Below, piece by piece: positions 51,501 to 64,000 of a stretch of 64,000 nt of DNA. The stretch covers positions 6,696,001-6,760,000 of the forward strand of contig OZ316775.1 in assembly GCA_973851085.1 (NCBI GenBank), in the 5' to 3' direction. Origin of the DNA: Ptychomitrium polyphyllum (Eukaryota). The notes beneath the pieces were generated by a model. It saw only the letters and a list, made by a program, of their open reading frames with translations. It ran no database searches and was not told the origin of the DNA. The translations under genes were made by a program, and so were the position numbers. Positions within the stretch are counted from its first letter, which is position 1. Each line of letters begins with the position of its first letter.

Positions 51501-54500
51501 CTGCCGAAAGTTTCCAGAAGGCAATTATTGCCCACCAGATGATCAGGTATAGTTACTATGTATTATGAGTGGGAATCTAAATTGATAATCATCAACCACT
51601 GGTGTTATATGCTTTCATGTGAAAATCGATAAGACAAGGAGGGAATTCAATCAGTAGAGCGTCTTTAGTTACTTTTAATATTGATTTGCACCGTTTAATG
51701 TTACTTCTTATAATTCTGAGGTTTTGTATGCAGCCCCCGTGCTGTCCTGAAGGCGAAGAATGTGGACTTAGCGACACGTGTAGTGAATGCACCACGGTAT
51801 TTCAGCCAGCCTGGTCTTTATCCTTGGCAATCTGTAGAGTCCTTTCCATTTATTCGTAGTTCCTAAATTTCCAGTTTTGGGCGGATACTCATTTTTGAGT
51901 GGTCGCAACTAAGGGTTGATTTCTGTTGAGTATGCTTTTTATTCTGTTGTTTTTCCTGCATCGGCTCTGTAAGGGCTGAACTGTGTTCATTCGATTATGG
52001 CATTGGTGAGGCTATAATCTACTCGTGTTAATGCACTGTTGATATTGAAATTTACTAATAATAAGGTTTTCCTACAGTGTTTCTTGCAATCAGACTTACT
52101 GGAAGGGAGACCATCATCTGAACAGTTTAAGAGAAAATTGCCATGGTTTCTGGATGCTCTTCCCTCTGCAGACTGTGCCAAGGGTGGCCATGGAGCATAT
52201 ACAACTAGCCTTGATCTCACTGGTACTGTTCCGGATTATCACCATTGCCAGCTATAAAATTGATGATGCGGATAAATGAGGCTGTAATGCAAAATTGCCA
52301 TCTCGAGTCCCTGGGTCTGGGAAATTCTGTAAATCTTGAAGTTTAGTCCGGGTGCTGCAGTTTGTGAGTTCCTGTGTTGTACCCCTTACCTTCCTGAATA
52401 GATTGATATATTCCCAGGAAGTTCTGAACATTAAATTCATTATATCCGTTTTCTATGGCTTTACTCCAGGGTACGAAAGTGGGATAATAAAGGCATCAGA
52501 ATTTCGGTCATATCATACTCCTTTGAATAAGCAGGTATGAAGACTAGTCTTCCCCTGTCTCTGTATTAGCACTCGTTGATTTACGTCTAATACTCTGATG
52601 TTCGAATGCATACTATCCCATTCTCTTAGTATAGTGATGTATTTTATTGGAGTAATAAGTCGAACTAATTTTGATCTGCGGGCTATGCATTTTCAGGTTT
52701 TGGAAAAATTACTAGTATTTGATTTCTACATTTCGTTTTTTTTAGCAAAAGACATCTGCTGCTCTTTTCTGAAGAACCTGTTAGATGGTAGGAACGTTGA
52801 GTTTCGTCTTGTTGGATATGTGGCAGAGTGACTTTATTGATGCACTACAAGCAGCGAAAGACTTCACCAGCAAAGTATCTGAATCGCTGAATGTGCGTTA
52901 CTATAATGCAGCCCAAAATCTGTGTTGCTGTTTATTCATATTGTTTATGATTGCACATGTTAGGACTTCGTTTCTTGTTTAAGCAAATGTGTTCAATTAC
53001 ATCGAATGTCCTTTTACTCTCATACACGTGGTTGGCTTTACAGATTGAGATTTTTCCATATTCAGTATTCTACATATTTTTTGAGCAGTACCTGGACATC
53101 ATGAACACTACAATAGTCAGCCTCTCCCTTGCTTTGGGTAAGTCGACGGGCTGCTACTTTATATACGCTAAACTAGTTATTGAGACCAAAGCAAGTGCTG
53201 ATATGATACATACATAGAAATTTAACACTAAGGCTGTGATAATATTCCATGATTTTTATGGTTGTATCCTGTGCTGCTTTGCATGCCGGTTAGTTTTACA
53301 TAAATGAAATCTTTATAGCAACTCACTTTTGTTTGTCAACGAACTTGTATTGTGTTCAAAACTAAGTAGGCTTGGTGTGAGTTAAAATAGATTGTTTGAG
53401 TTGAACAGCAATCTCTGTCTTTTTAATCTTCCTCATGCTTGAAATTTCACATGCTTACTGTTTGCTTCTATGCTCTGCAGCGGCCGTCTTCTTCGTCTGC
53501 CTGATCACCACCACTAGGTTCGTTGCTTTTTTTAATACGATAGTAATTTTTTAAGATAAGCAACACAAGCGCTACTTGAAATTTGTTGTTAAATTCAGGT
53601 TCAGATGTGACAAATTTTGATATTTCTACTGATTGTATGCGTGTTCTGGTGCAGTATTTCAACGGCTTTCACTATTATATTTGTTATTGCAATGATTGTT
53701 GTCGATCTGATGGTGAGTTGCATGCCCACTACAATTTTTCATCCATCTCCATCCAGATTGCCTTGCACATCCTTGATAGAATGTGCAAGAATATAGTGAT
53801 AGAATGTGCAAGAATATAGTGATAGAATGTGCAAGAATATAGTGATAGAATGTGCAAGAATACAGTGATAGAATGTGCTAGAATATAGTGAAAGAATGTA
53901 TCTGCATTTCATTCTACGAATGGAGTAATTTGAGGCTACATCCTACGGAGCTGAGTAGTGTTTTTCCTTCGTTAATTTACTTGTGCTGGTTTTTTGCTCC
54001 AATTACAGGGCCTTATGGTGGTGTGGGGCATACAACTCAACGCTGTCTCTGTTGTGAACCTCGTCATGGCCACTGGCATCGCTGTCGAGTTCTGTGTTCA
54101 CATAACTCACGCCTTTACAGTAAGCACCTCTTTTATTTCCATCCGAATATCGACGTCACAAGCGGTGTTCTTAATCTTTACTAAAAAAAAGTAACCAAAT
54201 GCCAATATCTTAAAACGTGTGTTCAGTCAAATCACTAAACAACTACACTTTGTGCAGATGAGCATAGGATACAAGGGAGAGAGAGCAAGCAAGGCTCTCG
54301 TCCTCATGGGAGCCTCAGTCTTCAGGTACATTTTAACTACACTCTAACATCAATATTTAAGTTTTCATCTGCTCTAGTGTGAATTCATTGCGCTACTCAA
54401 AATGCTTATAAATGAGAGTTGCATGCTTTACTGACAACGAATTTTCAATGTATCTAGTGGAATCACTCTCACTAAATTTGCGGGCGTTTTGGTGCTCTAC

Positions 54501-54858
54501 TTCTCCCGTTCTGAGATTTTCGAGGTCAGTCACTGTCTAAACGCTTTCTTGTATTTTCATTAAATATACGCTGAGAGTGTGCGCTGATTTTAGGATATTC
54601 AAATGTTCAATTAACACCGTAATCTATCAGGTGTACTACTTCCGGATGTACTTTGGGCTGGTGATTCTGGGCGCTCTGCACGGGCTCGTTTTCTTACCTG
54701 TCTGGTTGAGCTTGGTTGGTCCGAAGCCCATGGTGAAACCAGAATATCAGAACGGGGAGCCTCTCTACTACGACGATGACCTGGACCATCACTTCGACCT
54801 GCGAGCTGAGATTGTGAAAGCTGAGTCGCCCATTTCGTCTCCTCCTTCAAGGGATTGA
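42556..54858 (+). CDS. NPC1: Niemann-Pick C1-like sterol transporter (several dozen exons)
   Basis: Signal peptide [25 protein letters not shown] with CAMYDLCG and [18 protein letters not shown]. Sterol-sensing domain with [19 protein letters not shown] and [22 protein letters not shown] motif, [49 protein letters not shown]. Stop at 54858. Confidence 0.93.
53774..53899. repeat. Intronic 23-bp minisatellite (TGATAGAATGTGCAAGAATATAG)x5.5
   Basis: Three perfect copies, two copies with one mismatch each, plus a partial copy. Confidence 0.92.
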
Positions 54859-56051
54859 TCAGCCTGTAGACATGCATTAGTTCAGTTGTAAATAACAACT
54901 CTTGTACTATTTCGGCTTAGTACAAGTGAAACGGAAAGACCGATAGCAACTTATTTCGTCGATGGTTGAAGGTTTTAGTTCTAATGATTTTGGTACTCCA
55001 ATATGAGTGCCGGCTGTTCTTCTAATTTTTCTGTTATCTATTAATTTAACTTCGTGTGAGCATGTTCGTGGCTTTCCAAGTGTAAGTGCTCGTCTTTGAT
55101 AGCCTGCTGGTGCTCCAGACGTCAGTGTTTGCACTGTCTGTTTGTTTTGGAATTGGACACTGGGTGTGTGTGCCAAATTTGGAAGGCCATGTATGAGGGT
55201 AAATTGTGGCATGGCATAATACTTCTAACCATGGTAATTAGTACATTATTAATGCTAAGTTCTAGTACATGCTTCATGCATACTTTTTGCTTACTGTAAT
55301 TATTGACATAGAATACTCGTATACATAGGGACTCCACTCCAGTGGAGTAGTTGACACAAGTTTCAAGGCCATGGATGTGCGTAGTTCTTTTTGTGCAAGA
55401 ATATCTTACGTGGATTGATTTTCAAAAGGTGGAGGTTCCTTCTGCCAAAGAATGTTATGACATTTAAGCACTTGAAGGTAAAGGTGATGAAGAATGTCAC
55501 AGTCAAGGTATCATGAATCCACAATCTAAGTGCATAATATTTTAAAATGCTGCACCAAACCTTCAGTTGATAGATCAGTGGAGCGTAGAAGTCCAGTCAC
55601 TTTCTTATCTGGACCGCATTGCAAGGGTACTCTTTTGTGAACAGCTTCTGAAAGATGATGCATCTCAAGTGGAAATCAAATCACTTCATGTCCACGAGGA
55701 CCAGAGGCTGAACTGGAAGCTAAGCAAGAATGCATTACACGATTTAACGAATACAACTGAAGATATTAACAATGAATGACACATAGCTCCAAATCCAAGA
55801 TGACTACTATCTGAAATACTGTGGTGATATGTACTGTACATGAGAAATGGCGCCGTGATCTGTTAGTTGTACATGAGAACAGTAGGAAGGGAATGTTATA
55901 CTGCCATCTGCTATTTGGTACGTTATACAATACCAGGCACTGTTGCCAGGTTCTACAAGGTTACTATAAAATGCCCTGGGTACACTCAGCTGTACCTTTA
56001 TGAGCAAAGTTTACGTGTGCAATTTGAACCTAGCTAGAAGACAAGGGGACA

Positions 56052-57854
56052 TCATTTCACTAGATATCGAGATCGGACAGCGAGGACTTCAAACTCCCGA
56101 CGCATGGATCTCACAAACCGTGATAGCTCATTGCTTTTGTTCAACAACCCAACAAAACTCTCGGATGCATCCACCCACGGGCTACACTCAACCACTGCAG
56201 AACAAACACAAATATGTGAGCTTGTCAACCGAATCATAACGCTATCTTATATTGTTCAAATCACTCATGAAGATTGCCCCACGTCTGAGCAGGAGTGAAG
56301 GGATGCAAGCACGCCATCAACTGGGCTACCATAAGTGAGGGTTGCTTACTCGTCCAAAAGTTGGTGCTTTTATCCAAGCGAATAGAGAAACTGAAAACAC
56401 GATCAGGATCACGAGGATCCACATTGGTGAAGATGAACTTCACAGCTGTCAACAAGGCTCAGTCTAGATTCAGTACAAAGTAACAGAGTTTGCCAAATGG
56501 TCTATATCAGATAACATCCTCACAGCAGATGGTGTGCTCTATAAGGGAGTTCACATTGCTAGGTACGTTCTTTGTCTCATTGCACCCTGCAGATCCTAAG
56601 GACGGCATCCCATGTGAAGTCACATACTTACCATCAGAGTACTCACAACGCAGACTCAACAGTCGTTTGTACCATCCTGTCGCTTCATGCAACGCCTTCA
56701 CTTTTTGCTTCCTATGACTCAGCTTATCTGTGATATCTGCGGACATTGGCTCGTAACCCCCATTTAGCTTTAAGCATTCGTGAAATATAGTGGTATGAGT
56801 TCATATGTGATAGTGAAGAGAAATCTTGGCTGTCGAATAAAGTGACAAGGAAAATCGCTGAAAGAGCTCACGGAAAATTTACCTGACATAGACTTGGAAA
56901 TAAATGCTTCTCGGTCCACTTTCAGCTGAAACAACTTGGTTGTGTGCTCATGCAGGTCCTCCAGATTTTTATATACCTCTGAGGTTTGTTTCTCGCACTT
57001 GATCAGCTCTTCCTGTTGCGCGTCCCTCACTACATCCCAATCGCAAAATCACTCTCTGGTTCAAACTATTCTAATTCCACCTCGCTGGAAATATCATCTT
57101 CAAATATGTGTTTTAAATTTCTCATAGAATGAGTTAGAAAGTAGGAGGTAGTTCCTATCTCTCTCTATTCCGATTACAGCATAACATTCTAGTTCAAATT
57201 TCTAAAGTCGAGACTACAATGTGCACATTCTTTCTAGTCGTATTTATGGAAAGAACAAACGCCAACTTCGTCCGCTACTAGAGTGCAATATCTTCACCAA
57301 TTAACGTGAAACATTGATAGAACGCTGAGAGACCAACCAAACCTTTTCTAATGAAGTGATCTTCGACTTCCAAGCTCTTCAAGCGGCCCGACACTTTCTT
57401 GACACCCTCTACAAAACAGTAACAAGAAAGAAAGAAATGACAAAAAACGTCAACGCAACCGCGCTTTGCCATACCAAAAAGATAAAAACACCAACATATG
57501 CGATTGTACACGCATAACACCACGCACAATTAACTAAAAGCTTCCTCACACTCACACCTCCAAAATCAAAACTCGATCATGCACACGCTCTCACCACGCT
57601 CAGTCACAAAAGAATCCTACAAAACTCTCAATCCAAACACCACAAGACCAGTAGCAACCTCCGCCGTACGCAACCTAACCTTGCGCAGAAGCCCGAACAG
57701 AGGCGGCAGCCGCGACAGAGTCACTCAACAAGCTCTCCACCTGCAAACTCCAAACATCCATACGCTTCACGAGCTCGCCAAGCTCCTTGGCGAACAACAC
57801 TCCATTCAGAGAAATGCCGGCGCCGGTGCCGCTCCCGCTCCCACTCCGCTCCAT
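56052..57854 (-). CDS. SPC25: SPC25-like kinetochore (NDC80 complex) subunit, 6 exons
   Basis: N-terminal coiled coil, then WYKRLLSLRCEYSD-AVKFIFTNVDPRDPDRVFSFSIRLD-VVECSPWV-ELSRFVRSMRREF, the Spc25 RWD-like domain pattern. Confidence 0.8.
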
Positions 57855-57874
57855 CCCTCAACCGTGCTGTGGTG

Positions 57875-57883
57875 TTTCCCGCC
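57875..57883 (+). promoter_or_regulatory. Canonical E2F site TTTCCCGCC just upstream of the SPC25 ATG
   Basis: Exact match to the plant E2F consensus about 20 nt from the start codon of a cell-cycle gene. Confidence 0.45.
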
Positions 57884-58323
57884 TCACGAGACCCCACGCT
57901 CTCCCATGCAAAGAGGCGAAGCACATCCACGAGAGCGGTCGTCAATGCAGCTGAGTTACTGGTTCGACAGCGAACTCGTAGTGTCCGTCGCCTGCAGGGC
58001 CGCTAGTGCAACAATCGGCAATGCGGAGTCCGGCGATGGCGATGGCGATGGCAATTGCGATTCCGAGGTTTCAGATTAAAACAGCGACCGTCGCTGGGGT
58101 TTCAATTCAAATGACAGGGACCAGGCGCGAATCCCATACCCGGCTACTACCCGCTTTATACTTCGCGACGCTCGTCGTATCCTGCCTACACCCTGAACCA
58201 TGGAACGGTATCATATCCGCCTTGTTCCGCGAGACAACGCCCGGTATGTTATACCCGGTTCGTGCACCTGCCATGATAGGGTTTCCAATCATAGCGGTTC
58301 AGGGCCCTTTCCCACACACGTCG

Positions 58324-58383
58324 GAGTAGAGGAGTCATGTTTGAGTATTTTTAAACATGACCCCTCTACTCAAACATGACCCA
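58324..58383. repeat. Inverted plus tandem copies of a 19-bp unit (AAACATGACCCCTCTACTC)
   Basis: 58324-58342 is the reverse complement (1 mismatch) of 58353-58371, which is followed by a partial tandem copy. Confidence 0.8.
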
Positions 58384-58776
58384 GGTATAGTTTGAAGAGG
58401 GTGTTCCTAATTCGAATTAATTTGACTACTCACAATATTTGAAGCCAGATTGCCATAGGGGCACCTTCTGAATGATTTTCGGAACAATATCAGATTTAGT
58501 AAAACCACCCATGTTGCTTTTGCTTGCCTTTTTGAAAACGAAGGGATGGCCAAAGGGGCATGGAAGTAGAATATTGATTTGGCTGGTTTTGTTCATTGTA
58601 TGAAAATGACAAGTGAGGAATAGTTTGTGTGCCAAATCATCAGACTATTACTCACTGGTTTTGGTGAAATACAGATCCAGGTGTATAAATCTCCAGTAGT
58701 GTTCTAAAAGGTCTTTGAAACAAGTGAAAGAATCAACCATGAGCACAATAGACATCTGAGATATACTGAAACATAA

Positions 58777-61700
58777 TTAGTATGTACACTCCTGGGTTTG
58801 ATTACACAAGACGCGCATTGCGTTGCTGGTGACATCCATTAGCTGAAGGTATTCATCTGCCCCGTCAATAAGACACTGTTCCATCAAAAACACAAGATTG
58901 TAAGATTGGTACCTTTTAACAGAAAGGCCAGGGATAATCATAATACAAAACAACCAAGTAGATTGATGATGACAAGCGGAAGAGAAAAATAGTGAAAAGT
59001 TAAGAGAAGATACTGCTTTTAATTTCGCTACTTCTATCAGATATGGTACTAGTTGAGCTACCTTGTCAGTTTCAGCAAGCCTTTCAGCGATTCTTGCTTT
59101 TTGAGTGTCACTGATATTTGGGGATTGTACAACAAAGTCAAATAGCTGCGAAAAATACATAAATGCACTTGTGTCAGTAACGGTAGTAGCATTCGTGAAG
59201 AACCCACGTAAAAAGAACAGGTAGAATATATTGAATAAGAAGAAACCGAAGCTATTAACTGGTCTTTAGCATTCTTCAAATGATCCCAGTTATTCATAAA
59301 GGCGCACTCTACAAGACTCCAAATTGCACTCTAGGAGGTACCTGAGAGAGAATTTGAGACACGGGGTGACTTTCCGCAATAATGTCCCTGACCTCTTTGT
59401 GCGCCAAATCGAACTGCCCGCTTTGGCAAGCCTTCAAGAGCCCTTCGAGGACACTTTCCGGCACGATCTACAGAACAGACAGATGGCACTCACTTAATAC
59501 TTCGATGCTTGTGTCACAAAAGCAAGCGAATCATCAAGAGCCACGCGCCACATCAACTTCTACCCGCTAATTCATAACTGCAGGCACCACTTGGAATGAG
59601 ATCAGAAATACAATCGATGTTGTATGGACACTATTAAATGCTGTTTATCGAAAAATCCCAAATGATGGTATAATTCAAGTATGTCTAGAAGACGAGATTA
59701 TCACAAATCAAAAGAGCATGACTGAGCGGACTGATATAATTGGATGGTACGAAACCAGGGATACATTATTTCAATTCAGAATTGAATACGATAGAAAAAA
59801 TACCAAACGAGCTGACTTTGATGGTTAGAGGAGTACCCCAGAGACACTGATAATCTCTTTACTCGATACAGAGGAGCCATACAGACGAAAGGCACACTGA
59901 AGGTACGTGATAGCCCGCCGCAGGTCACCTTCGGAGACTCTGCTTAAAGTTGCCAGAGCCTGCACATCCACACATAGAGCAAAGACATCACTTTTGCGTG
60001 TGGGGTTTTGCTACAAAGAGAGACCTGCAATGACTTAATTTCAAGCGAAAAAGAAACCGGAGAAAGATCGAGCGCACACCTCCTGGTCAAGCTTCAAACC
60101 TTCCTCCTGACAAATGTACTGGATACGATTTTGCATAACATCCTCCAGGAGTGGTTTAAAGCGAAATTTAGCGCATCGAGATGCCAAAGGCTCGATAATT
60201 CTGGACGAGTATCAAGCTAGGAATAAGAACCTGCTTACAAAAGCTGATAATACTGCTATTTCTGACAAATCACAAGTTTAAAGATCATTTACGAATGTTT
60301 TGTAAAACCAAGTTTACAAAACTAAGTTGATGGAAAGTCTGGAGACAGGCAACAAAGCCTCCCAAAATTATTCACGAATTAGGGTTATCAAGCAAATCCT
60401 CTTGTAGAAAATCCAACACCTCAACTAGAGAGGTACTTGGTTCTTCAGAAGAATTGGTTTCAGAAGAACGAAAGAGGACAAGCGGTATATGACGATTCTA
60501 GAGAATGAACTCACCGGCTGACGTAATTGCAGATAAAACAGAAACGAGTGACTTTGGAATAAGTTTCCATCGTGCGCCGTAGAGCGTTCTATTCAAACAA
60601 GATCCAATCTTTGGTTGGTTACAGCTGAAGCACATTATGGCAGCAATAAACCAAGCTGTAATGCACCCTGACAGCGGTCAATGGAAATAAAAAAAACGGG
60701 GGTTTGTGACTTTCGCTCCATGTAAACTTTCACAAATGATAAATTCGTTCACGCATTAAATTAGTTCATTCGTCGCTTTTTCCCAAAATAGACGATAAAC
60801 CAGAGATAGAATAGACCTGCGCATCTTCAGTCATGGAGTCGGCTTCGTCAAGTATAAGAACTTTGAAAGGAGGACATGGATAACCGCTGAAAAATGAAAA
60901 CGCAAATATTTATTACCTATTGGTAATAAGGTAATCAAAATGAAGCATACAAGGATACATCATATTAGCGAGAGGTTTGCGATTCAGATCCCAACCTACC
61001 CCAGAAAACCTCATAATTATGTTAAATCCTTCAAATTTGATTATAAAGTTAAATTGCGATACTAAAAATAGATGGAGAGCATGATCATACAGGTTTGAGG
61101 TATATCTTTACCTTACACCAGCACCGACCGCAACACCAGCGAAGTCCTTGATCTTAGTCCGGACCACATTGATTCCACGATCATCGCTAGCATTCAGTTC
61201 CAGTACTCTCAATTTATAGAGTTCCAGCCTGCCTCCCAGAAGGCATTGCAAAGTGCATTTGACTGTCAACTTCTATGCCAGCATGTTTCTATGAAGAGAA
61301 ACGGAGTTCGTCTTGCAAGAACCATATCTGATGTGTGAACGAGACGCGGAAAACTCCTGAACTCCGTCAAAAACCCTAAACCCTGAACCTCACTTCAACA
61401 CAATGCAAATCTTACCCGAAAAGCTGATGGCAGATCGCCAGCGCAGTTGTGGTCTTCCCAGTCCCAGGAGGCCCATAAAACAAAAGGTGCGGCAACTGCA
61501 ACCACTTCTCAAACCATCAGAACCCCCATTCCAAGACCATAATCACAACAAAACAATCCCAAACAACGTCCACAAAGACTCACATTCCCAGTCTCAAGTG
61601 TGTTGGTGAGTGTCCGAATGACCTCCTCCTGATGGGCAACATCCTTCACCTGTCGCGGCCGACTGATCGCACAAACGCACAACACAACGCAACACGCTCT

Positions 61701-61894
61701 AAGTACACATTCTCCTCCTAATTCACATTCTCCCCAAAAACAAAAACCCAACAAGAAAACAATATTCAAACTCTTCGTCATCCCAACTCCTCCAGAGAGC
61801 ACCAAAGAAGGTCCCAAAGGGGCTATTCCAATTGAAGGCAGAGAGCGTACTATTTCTCCACCCATTGCTGCGCGCTCTGCATGACGGGCGCCAT
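58777..61894 (-). CDS. RFC4: Replication factor C small subunit (human RFC4 / yeast RFC2 type), 11 exons
   Basis: [24 protein letters not shown] (Walker A), [82 protein letters not shown]. Confidence 0.93.
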
Positions 61895-63499
61895 CCCGGC
61901 AGTGACCTGCACAACAGACAGCCCCTCGAAACGGAATCCCTCCCAACAGACAAAAGACAGTGGCCACTCCGGACGGGGCCGCCCTCGCTGCTTCTCTCCC
62001 CTGACCCCAAGCACATCTTCCCCGCCACACGCGCTCCCTCCCCCTCTCCCTCTCCGGTCCCTTCCTTAAACCCTAACAACCTCGCCACCATCAAAACCGA
62101 CGACCATTGTGAGCCAAAAACACCAAACTTCCAAAAAGAGAAAAGCAAAGGTAAAAGTAACTTTTACACACACGTGCACGTCGATCACCACGCCGGCTCG
62201 TGCCAGATGCTGCCCTCCCTGCCCTGCGCTGCCCTGCCCTAAAACCCTCGGTCTCCCTCTTTCCTAGATTCTTCGCTTTCCATGTACACTTGGGGTACAT
62301 ACCGTCGTGATTCGTCTCGTCTAGTTGTTACTCTCTTCTTGATATTTTGTTACGCTCACATTGTAGGCCCTTTTTTACATATCTCTACAGTTATTGTGAT
62401 ATTTTCAGAAGCTGTCCTTGAATTTAAGCTTTTGTATATACACAAAAGCGCATGAGAGTTAATGATAAAATAATATTTTTACATGACTTAATTTATTTGG
62501 TAAATTTTGAAAATTTTATAGAAAGTGTGTTGTGTAGGGAAGAACATAGAATAGAATTTTCAAAGGAAAAAACATTATTGAATAAGTGAATGATTTTAAG
62601 CTAGCAAATATTTAGGCAAATTTGACATATTTTTTAAAAGATTAATAAAAAGTTTAATATTCTTAGTCTAGGCTTGACGTCACTCATGTTTAATTGTTCT
62701 TAAATCAAAGAAGGGAGACAAAAAATAAATAATTATTATAATATGAATCCATATTGCATGGAACCTTATGATTAGTTAAATTGCTTATAGTTTTACTTTC
62801 ATTTTCATAAAGGATAATCATAAATTTATTTTTCAATGATTAATCATCAAAATTTTAACAGATTAGAAGAAAAATGCATGGACCAAATTAGGTTTTTAAT
62901 TAAATACATCATCATTCAAGAATTATGTTACCATTGTAGCAATAATATTCAACATGTTTAATTTTGGACTATCTTTTAATGCAATGAAACATGAAGGTCC
63001 ACTAGTATTTGTGAGGAGCAAACCTCTTATTAGCCCTAATTATTCTTTTCTTGATGAACATCCGCAAGGTGATTTTATGAACCTAAGTCTTTGAATTAAA
63101 TGTTTTTGATTAGGGTTTAGAACCCTAAACTAAATGCGTGGTTGTTAAACATGTCCATATACATGTACATCTCAAAAGATAAAAGAAGTTCACAAGATTT
63201 TAATCAAAAGCACATCAGTCCTAAGATCAGTTTTTCTGCTGTCAAAACCAGAGGTTAAAAATTAATTTGTATCATTATTTTGACAGTTGATTTGAGTCAG
63301 TTGATGACACGTTTTTTGTGATTTTATTCACTGCAGTAAGGATTAGGTTGAATGATCCAATACGCAAGGTGCCAAATCTAACACAATTGTTGGCATGGTG
63401 TGTTTATGCTGATGCAATTATCAAGGTCAAAATTCACCAAAGTAACCCAATTCCTCAAACCATATGATGGTATTGCTGAACTACAACACCAGTAGGGAG

Positions 63500-63940
63500 T
63501 GGATATTCATAATTCTACAAACATGTCTAAAACCTCGTTTCCAGGACTCGTTTTTGTTGTTGAATTGTCTATTTTTGAGTTGAAAGTGCTATATTTAGCA
63601 GTATGTGAATTGCAAACTGAGTTCCACTGTAGCATGGAATTGAAATCTAACAACAAATCTAAGAATGGTGTGAAATGAGCAGATTTATAAGTCAAACTAC
63701 ACACAGGATCAACGCAAGGATTCAGCATTTGCAGACATAGCACGCACCTGCTACCTCATCTCCCCTAGTGAACTTGCTGTAGTGAGCATCAAATCAAATT
63801 TTGTGATAGGTTGTGTTATTTGAGTCATCAGCTTGTGAATAACAGTACACTTATCTGTAAGCATAGTGCAAACCTGACCTCGCAATTTGCCATGCAGGAT
63901 GTATTGCAGAACTTAAACATCTTAGCTCATGTCCCTGCAG
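63500..63940 (-). other. Possible 3' exons of an unidentified gene entering from the right edge
   Basis: Exon-like segments bounded by AG/GT at about 63879-63934 and 63748-63776, in higher-GC sequence. No recognisable protein. Confidence 0.25.
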
Positions 63941-64000
63941 TACAGCAAGTTTTCCAAAGTCCAAATGCACAGATGGAACGTTACAAGAGAGGCAGTAGTG

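Noticed and set aside
56768..56882. Possible AT-AC (U12) intron in SPC25 (TTTCAC|GAA acceptor)
   Set aside because: No ATATCC donor or U12 branch site; a phase-0 TCC|GTGAGC ... AAG|CTA intron explains the frame

Overview
Eukaryotic, intron-rich land-plant DNA, most likely a moss such as Physcomitrium (inferred from the MIKC*-type MADS exon structure and the very AT-rich intergenic blocks; not confirmed). Seven spliced genes could be reconstructed by hand: two tandem MIKC*-type MADS-box genes (-), a Maf/YhdE-type nucleotide pyrophosphatase (+), a UNC93-like MFS protein (-) head-to-head with an NRT2 nitrate transporter (+), a many-exon Niemann-Pick C1 homologue (+), an SPC25-like kinetochore gene (-) and an RFC4/RFC2-type clamp-loader subunit (-). 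The window also holds a tRNA-Leu(UAG), micro- and minisatellites, small foldback structures and a decayed ORF relic. I found no clearly new multi-gene system. The best leads are a hidden three-exon ~60-aa micro-gene between Maf and the tRNA, a tandemly duplicated symmetric I-domain exon in both MADS genes, a precise intron difference between the two MADS paralogues, and an Asn-to-Ser change in the second nitrate signature of the NRT2.
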